Source: an uncultured virus (IMG/VR IMGVR_UViG_3300025610_000020) (lineage: Duplodnaviria > Heunggongvirae > Uroviricota > Caudoviricetes). Taken from it: 20,000 bases of DNA. Shown piece after piece: positions 15,610 to 20,000 of the stretch. The position numbers and the translations under genes are program-made. Every line of letters begins with the position of its first letter. Within the stretch, counting starts at the first letter, position 1. The stretch lies in IMG/VR virus record IMGVR_UViG_3300025610_000020. The stretch is one strand, 5' to 3'. The notes beneath the pieces were generated by a model. It was not told where the DNA came from and did no database searches. It saw only the letters and a program-made list of their open reading frames with translations.

Positions 15610-17790
15610 TTAAACGTTTCCGATGATTTCTTCAAAGGAAACACCAGTGCGGGTAGCAACGAAGGTGAGACCGACGAAGTTGATAGAGCGAGCTGGTTTG
15701 ATGTAAATGTCAGCAACAAATTCATTGCGATCAATAACAGCAGCAGTGTTGTTTGTCTCGTCACAAACAACTACGAAATCTTGAACACCACGGTTTGATT
15801 GAACTTCGCGTAGGAAAGGTTCAACAGCATTTACAAAGTTTGTTCTGGTGATTTCATCGTTGAATTCAAAGAGTTGATCTCTAGCAACTGCGGAGATTGC
15901 TTTCTCTAGATAGAGGAAGAGTCTGCGAACATTGATCCTATCAAAAGCAGAAGCCTTGGCAAGACCAGTCTTATCACCATATAGTACGATACCAGATCCA
16001 GGAATGAATGTTACTGGATTGACTCTATTTGAATAGAGGCGATCTCTTTGTGTCTTGTTTGGATTGTATGGCAGTTTGACTGCGTTCAAAATTGCACCTC
16101 TCTGGGTTCCAGCAGGTGAGAACCAAGGGAAGTTGTTAATATCAGTTCTTGCACAAGTACCAGCCACATCTCCATTTAGAGGAACATAGCGGAACTTATC
16201 AGCGAAACGATCATACATGTACTTATAACCGCTATCGAAGATAGCAAAGGATGAAGAAGTAATTGGTGAGAAGTGTCCAATTACATTATCGGTAATTGTT
16301 TCAGCATCTCTTACAACAGAGTCAGTGGCGGACTCATTAAAGATTGCAGATCTATATGGTGAGAGGAATGCGATTGCATCCTTTCTTCTTTCTGCAATAT
16401 CAATTGCTTTTTGGCCAATTGCCTGAGTCTGTTCTTTAGTATAGTTGCCAGATCCTTGTAGGATGAAATCTACTGAATACTCATCGGGATTGTTGAGTAA
16501 TTCGTAACCAGCATTTATATTTGCAACGGATGCACTTAATGAACCAGTTGTTTGTAGACCAATGCTTGCACCATAGTTTACACCAGATGCTAATGCTGCA
16601 GTGGTGTTTCCATATCCAGCGAATGAGATTCCAGAAGCATTTTGATCCCAGGCAATGTCAGTTACCACAGAAAATCCATTTCCTGCAGCTGATCCAGTTT
16701 TGAAATCAATTGCAGTGGTTCCAGCAGGAGCACCACCAGCAAAAATATATCCAGAACCTGATCTTACAAATTCTCTATAATAAGAAACCGAACCATTCTC
16801 AAATAGTGCGTCCTTAGCCTTTGAAAGATTTAGGTGCTTCTCAAGAATTGTTCCAGGATTACCAGTGATATCTCCACTGTCATCGACAACAACAATATGA
16901 GTTTCGTCAAATCTGGATCCTCTATTTGCTGCAAACTCGGAAGTTCCAGGTCTTGATGCTAGTTGATTCCAGTAAATTTCGGTTCCAGTTAGCTCAATCT
17001 TTTGAGCATCGAACCAATCAGTTGGAGTTGAATTTGTCGTGATTGTGGTAACAGCAACACCTGAACTGTTATAAACAACTAGATCTTTTGTGCTGGGATT
17101 TGTAAATCTATATACACCGTTTTCTTGATAATCTTTTTGAGTTGTAACACCAGCAGCAGAAACGTGCTGTACAAATTTGAGATCAATAGAATTGGTTCCA
17201 ACACCAGTAACAACTGCCTTAAAGGATCCATCTAGAATTGATGTTGTCCCAATACCAGGAACAATCAAATTATCAGGAACAGACTGACTAACACCCATAC
17301 CAACTGTAATTCCAGAGGTAGAGATTCCACTGATAGTTTGGTCAGCACGGCCATCAATGATGGCAACCTTCATGTTATTTCCCCAAGATCCAGGGTTTCT
17401 AGCAGCAAAAGTTATACCTGAAATAGTGTTTTCATCATAACCAAGATCTGCATAGTGATCTACACTCTTGATTTTTGGAGCTGTGGTTGTTGATCCAAAA
17501 AATGCATTTTTCATGTCAGAATCATCTGCTCTGACAACTCTTAGTGAGCCACCATATGCAAGATATGATGAAGCAACTAACCAATGCTCATAATGTCTAT
17601 CAGCTTCATATGACTTACCAAAGTTTGCAAGTAAGTCAGACTCGTTTTCAACGAGAGTTGGAACTTCTACTGGTCCTTGTGCAAAAGGTGCCACTACAGC
17701 AGCAACTTTATCAGATACGGGATCTACTCTCCCTAAAGTAAGATCAACCTCTCTTACTACGATACCAGGAGATGCTAAATTTAGCGGCAT
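15610..17790 (-). CDS. gp18: Tail sheath protein gp18
   Basis: Start more likely MPLNLASPGIVVREVDLT at 17790 (AGGAG SD upstream) than 17814; PWFSPAG, FDRINVRRLF, CDETNNT, IKPARSINF motifs. Confidence 0.97.
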   Translation of the reverse strand: MPLNLASPGIVVREVDLTLGRVDPVSDKVAAVVAPFAQGPVEVPTLVENESDLLANFGKSYEADRHYEHWLVASSYLAYGGSLRVVRADDSDMKNAFFGSTTTAPKIKSVDHYADLGYDENTISGITFAARNPGSWGNNMKVAIIDGRADQTISGISTSGITVGMGVSQSVPDNLIVPGIGTTSILDGSFKAVVTGVGTNSIDLKFVQHVSAAGVTTQKDYQENGVYRFTNPSTKDLVVYNSSGVAVTTITTNSTPTDWFDAQKIELTGTEIYWNQLASRPGTSEFAANRGSRFDETHIVVVDDSGDITGNPGTILEKHLNLSKAKDALFENGSVSYYREFVRSGSGYIFAGGAPAGTTAIDFKTGSAAGNGFSVVTDIAWDQNASGISFAGYGNTTAALASGVNYGASIGLQTTGSLSASVANINAGYELLNNPDEYSVDFILQGSGNYTKEQTQAIGQKAIDIAERRKDAIAFLSPYRSAIFNESATDSVVRDAETITDNVIGHFSPITSSSFAIFDSGYKYMYDRFADKFRYVPLNGDVAGTCARTDINNFPWFSPAGTQRGAILNAVKLPYNPNKTQRDRLYSNRVNPVTFIPGSGIVLYGDKTGLAKASAFDRINVRRLFLYLEKAISAVARDQLFEFNDEITRTNFVNAVEPFLREVQSNRGVQDFVVVCDETNNTAAVIDRNEFVADIYIKPARSINFVGLTFVATRTGVSFEEIIGNV

Positions 17791-17828
17791 CTTTTGTTCT
17801 CCTATGAGGTCCAAAATTAATCTAAACT

Positions 17829-17836
17829 TATTTATT
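17829..17836 (-). promoter_or_regulatory. Putative late promoter (AATAAATA) upstream of gp18
   Basis: NATAAATA motif in the intergenic region, about 40 nt before the gp18 start. Confidence 0.65.
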
Positions 17837-17874
17837 GTTTAGTATGTTTTGACTGGGGAAACTATACGTGAACA

Positions 17875-18099
17875 TTACCAGTCTGGATATTCCCACCTTT
17901 TATTGTCCGTTTTTCTAGTATTGAGTATTCGTTTTTTTGTGCATTCTTTACATTCATAAGAATATGATGATGGAAACTCTCCCCTATCCTTTCTAGTCAA
18001 GTAATAACCTTCGATCAAGTCCTTTGTCTTTTTACATACTCTACACTTTCTTTCTTTGAATAGTAAATGTTCTAAGGATAATTGATCATCAAAGTTCAT
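17875..18099 (-). CDS. Small Zn-finger protein (74 aa)
   Basis: CRVC...CKEC, C-terminal WEYPDW; TAATG coupling to the gp17 stop. Confidence 0.8.
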   Translation of the reverse strand: MNFDDQLSLEHLLFKERKCRVCKKTKDLIEGYYLTRKDRGEFPSSYSYECKECTKKRILNTRKTDNKRWEYPDW

Positions 18100-19748
18100 T
18101 ACCTATATTCCCACATATATGATTGATCTCCATACTCATCGATGTGCCAGCGATCACCTTCATTATCAACAAATCCACCAACATCATTGACACCATCTAA
18201 TATAAATCCGAACGGGGCCATATCTTGCTCAATCTGATTTTTTTGCTCTTCATAAATTCTCTTACGGACATCATTATCCGTCATCTCTTTAAAATAATCT
18301 TGAGCTACCAACCAAGAGAAAATAACAAGGCACATTGCTAGGTCATCATTACAACCTTCCTCAGCCTCAAAAGACTGCCTCTTCTGTACAAAAGTTGTAA
18401 GTTCTGATATAATATCGTAGTCATTGGTAACTAACTTATCATCTTCGATAAGTGTTTTGAGATTTGAACATCCCAACTTCTTAACGGCAGATGTCATCCT
18501 GACACCAAGTTGTGATTTCTTTCCAGAGAATCCAGAACCAACAACCTGTCCAGCCCTACCCCTCATGGCACACATGAGCATGTTTTCATACTCAAGATCA
18601 AAGTATAAAATTGATGCCACTTGATCACCAATATCATTCACCTCAACCAATACCCAAGATTGATTATATGCATCGGCAACTTGTTTAATGATGCTAGGAA
18701 ATAGCATCGGTTTGATTTCATTATTTCTATATTTTGCTACAACTTTATATGGAAATTGTGTGATATCATAGACAATAAAGGCTGAGTAGTCGTGTTCGAC
18801 TCCCCGAGCAACGTCTACTGTCATCATATAATTGTGATCTTTTATTGAATTTTCATAGATATCCAATCCTTTATTTCTTTTAACTGGATCTTCATATACT
18901 AAGTTTCTGAGTTTAGTGACATCAATAAGAGTATCAACAGATCCTAGGAACTCGCACTCAAACTCAACCTTGAACTGCTGTTCTGATGTGTTTGCAATAG
19001 TCTGGGCCTTCCACTTTGCATTCCTTCCAGGAACCTCAGACCAATGAACTGCGGTTGGAATATATTCATTCTTCTTTCTTTCAGCATCATGCCACATGCG
19101 GTAGAAATGGTTCATACCATGTGGTGTGGAAACAATAATTACTTTGGTGTTTTTACCAGACGAGATAGTAGGATAAACAGAGGCAAAGAACGCATCAGCA
19201 ATGTGATTTGGGATGAAGGCGAACTCGTCCAAAAAGATGATATTATACGATCCACCACGGACAGCAGATGCAGACGTAGATGCGGCGATAATCTTAGAGC
19301 CATTTTCCAGTTCTAATGATTGTTTGTTCCAGGATACAATACCCTGTTGCATCCATTTAGGCAAGTTCTCATAAGCAAGTTGTAATCTTCCGAGAAGATC
19401 CTTAGCCGTAGATGCTTTGTTTGCCAGAATGGCAATATTAACGTTGTCATTGAAGACGGCATAATGTAAAAGATATGACACCACGGTAGTTGACTTACCA
19501 GTCTGTCGTGGCATCTTACAGATATTGAACCTGTTTCTATGGAAGTTCTTTACAAGTTTCTCTTGAAACTTGTACATCTTGAATGGTACAAGGCCTTCAT
19601 CAAGAGAAACGATCTGAATATAATTTTTAGCAAAATATACAGGATCTTCCTTACATTTCAAAAATTCACGAACATCATCTTCTGTGAATTCTATTTTCGT
19701 GTTGGCTTTCTTTAGATTAGGATTACCAAGATAAATGTTGTCACTCAT
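18099..19748 (-). CDS. gp17: Terminase large subunit gp17
   Basis: YLGNPNLKK, Walker A PRQTGKST, Walker B IIFLDEFAF, STPHG coupling motif, RNase H-like VDVARG and DDLAM; no intein or intron. Confidence 0.99.
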   Translation of the reverse strand: MSDNIYLGNPNLKKANTKIEFTEDDVREFLKCKEDPVYFAKNYIQIVSLDEGLVPFKMYKFQEKLVKNFHRNRFNICKMPRQTGKSTTVVSYLLHYAVFNDNVNIAILANKASTAKDLLGRLQLAYENLPKWMQQGIVSWNKQSLELENGSKIIAASTSASAVRGGSYNIIFLDEFAFIPNHIADAFFASVYPTISSGKNTKVIIVSTPHGMNHFYRMWHDAERKKNEYIPTAVHWSEVPGRNAKWKAQTIANTSEQQFKVEFECEFLGSVDTLIDVTKLRNLVYEDPVKRNKGLDIYENSIKDHNYMMTVDVARGVEHDYSAFIVYDITQFPYKVVAKYRNNEIKPMLFPSIIKQVADAYNQSWVLVEVNDIGDQVASILYFDLEYENMLMCAMRGRAGQVVGSGFSGKKSQLGVRMTSAVKKLGCSNLKTLIEDDKLVTNDYDIISELTTFVQKRQSFEAEEGCNDDLAMCLVIFSWLVAQDYFKEMTDNDVRKRIYEEQKNQIEQDMAPFGFILDGVNDVGGFVDNEGDRWHIDEYGDQSYMWEYR

Positions 19749-19754
19749 AAAAAA

Positions 19755-20000
19755 TTACCGTTGTTCAATCCAGTTCAGTACTGCAAGTGCTGCTTTGTTT
19801 GTGTTGGGAGATGCACAGGCAAGAGTGTAAGTATCGCTGATTGTACCAATACCAGATCTTCCAATCTGCAGTGCTGCTTTATCATCAACATCAACCAAAG
19901 AGGCACCACCAGCAATCGTAAATCCTGAGAGAAGTGCTTGACCTCCAGTGAGTGCAGTTGCTGTAGTATCATATTGCATAAAGGAGTTTGGATCTGGATG
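19755..20000 (-). CDS. C-terminal part of a hypothetical, probably structural, protein upstream of gp17; 5' end outside the window
   Basis: The frame stays open to the window edge (HPDPNSFMQYDTTATALTGG...LQIGRSGIGTISDTYTLAC...LNWIEQR*); stop 6 nt before the gp17 ATG. Does not resemble gp16. Confidence 0.65.
   Translation of the reverse strand, partial: HPDPNSFMQYDTTATALTGGQALLSGFTIAGGASLVDVDDKAALQIGRSGIGTISDTYTLACASPNTNKAALAVLNWIEQR

Noticed and set aside
464..19316. All plus-strand ORFs in the track (e.g. 464-703, 1710-1967, 4027-4341, 5254-5721, 10292-10534, 15253-15576)
   Set aside because: They are antisense shadows of well-supported minus-strand genes and show no recognisable motifs.
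1..20000. tRNA genes, CRISPR arrays, inteins in gp17/gp20/UvsW, stop-codon reassignment
   Set aside because: Intergenic gaps are short and explained by promoters or terminators, no repeat-spacer pattern was seen, core proteins have normal lengths, and TAA, TAG and TGA all act as stops.

Overview
This window is part of the core genome of a T4-like (Kyanoviridae-type) cyanomyovirus, and every credible gene is on the minus strand. Read right to left, the order is: C-terminus of a hypothetical protein, gp17 terminase, a small Zn-finger protein, gp18 sheath, gp19 tube, gp20 portal, two small prohead-region proteins, gp21, gp22, gp23, a moron-like 90-aa gene, gp3, UvsY, UvsW, a hypothetical, gp55 late sigma, a hypothetical, gp47, a DUF3110-like protein, an Endonuclease-VII-type homing endonuclease, gp46, a hypothetical, and a HExxH/vWA protein that runs off the window and is missing from the ORF track. 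The most unusual element is the free-standing EndoVII-family endonuclease, which appears to have inserted inside the 5' end of gene 46. A 12-codon gp46 stub (MILFKNIRWKKL*) remains at the native start position. A recoded gp46 N-terminus is rebuilt overlapping the endonuclease's 3' end. The stub also supplies one arm of a hairpin that encloses a perfect TATAAATA late promoter just upstream of the endonuclease start. Other notable items are back-to-back sigma70 promoters sharing one -35 site upstream of gp55, a promoter- and terminator-bounded cassette after gp23, and two near-identical terminators. Family assignments rest on motif recognition and synteny; no searches were run.
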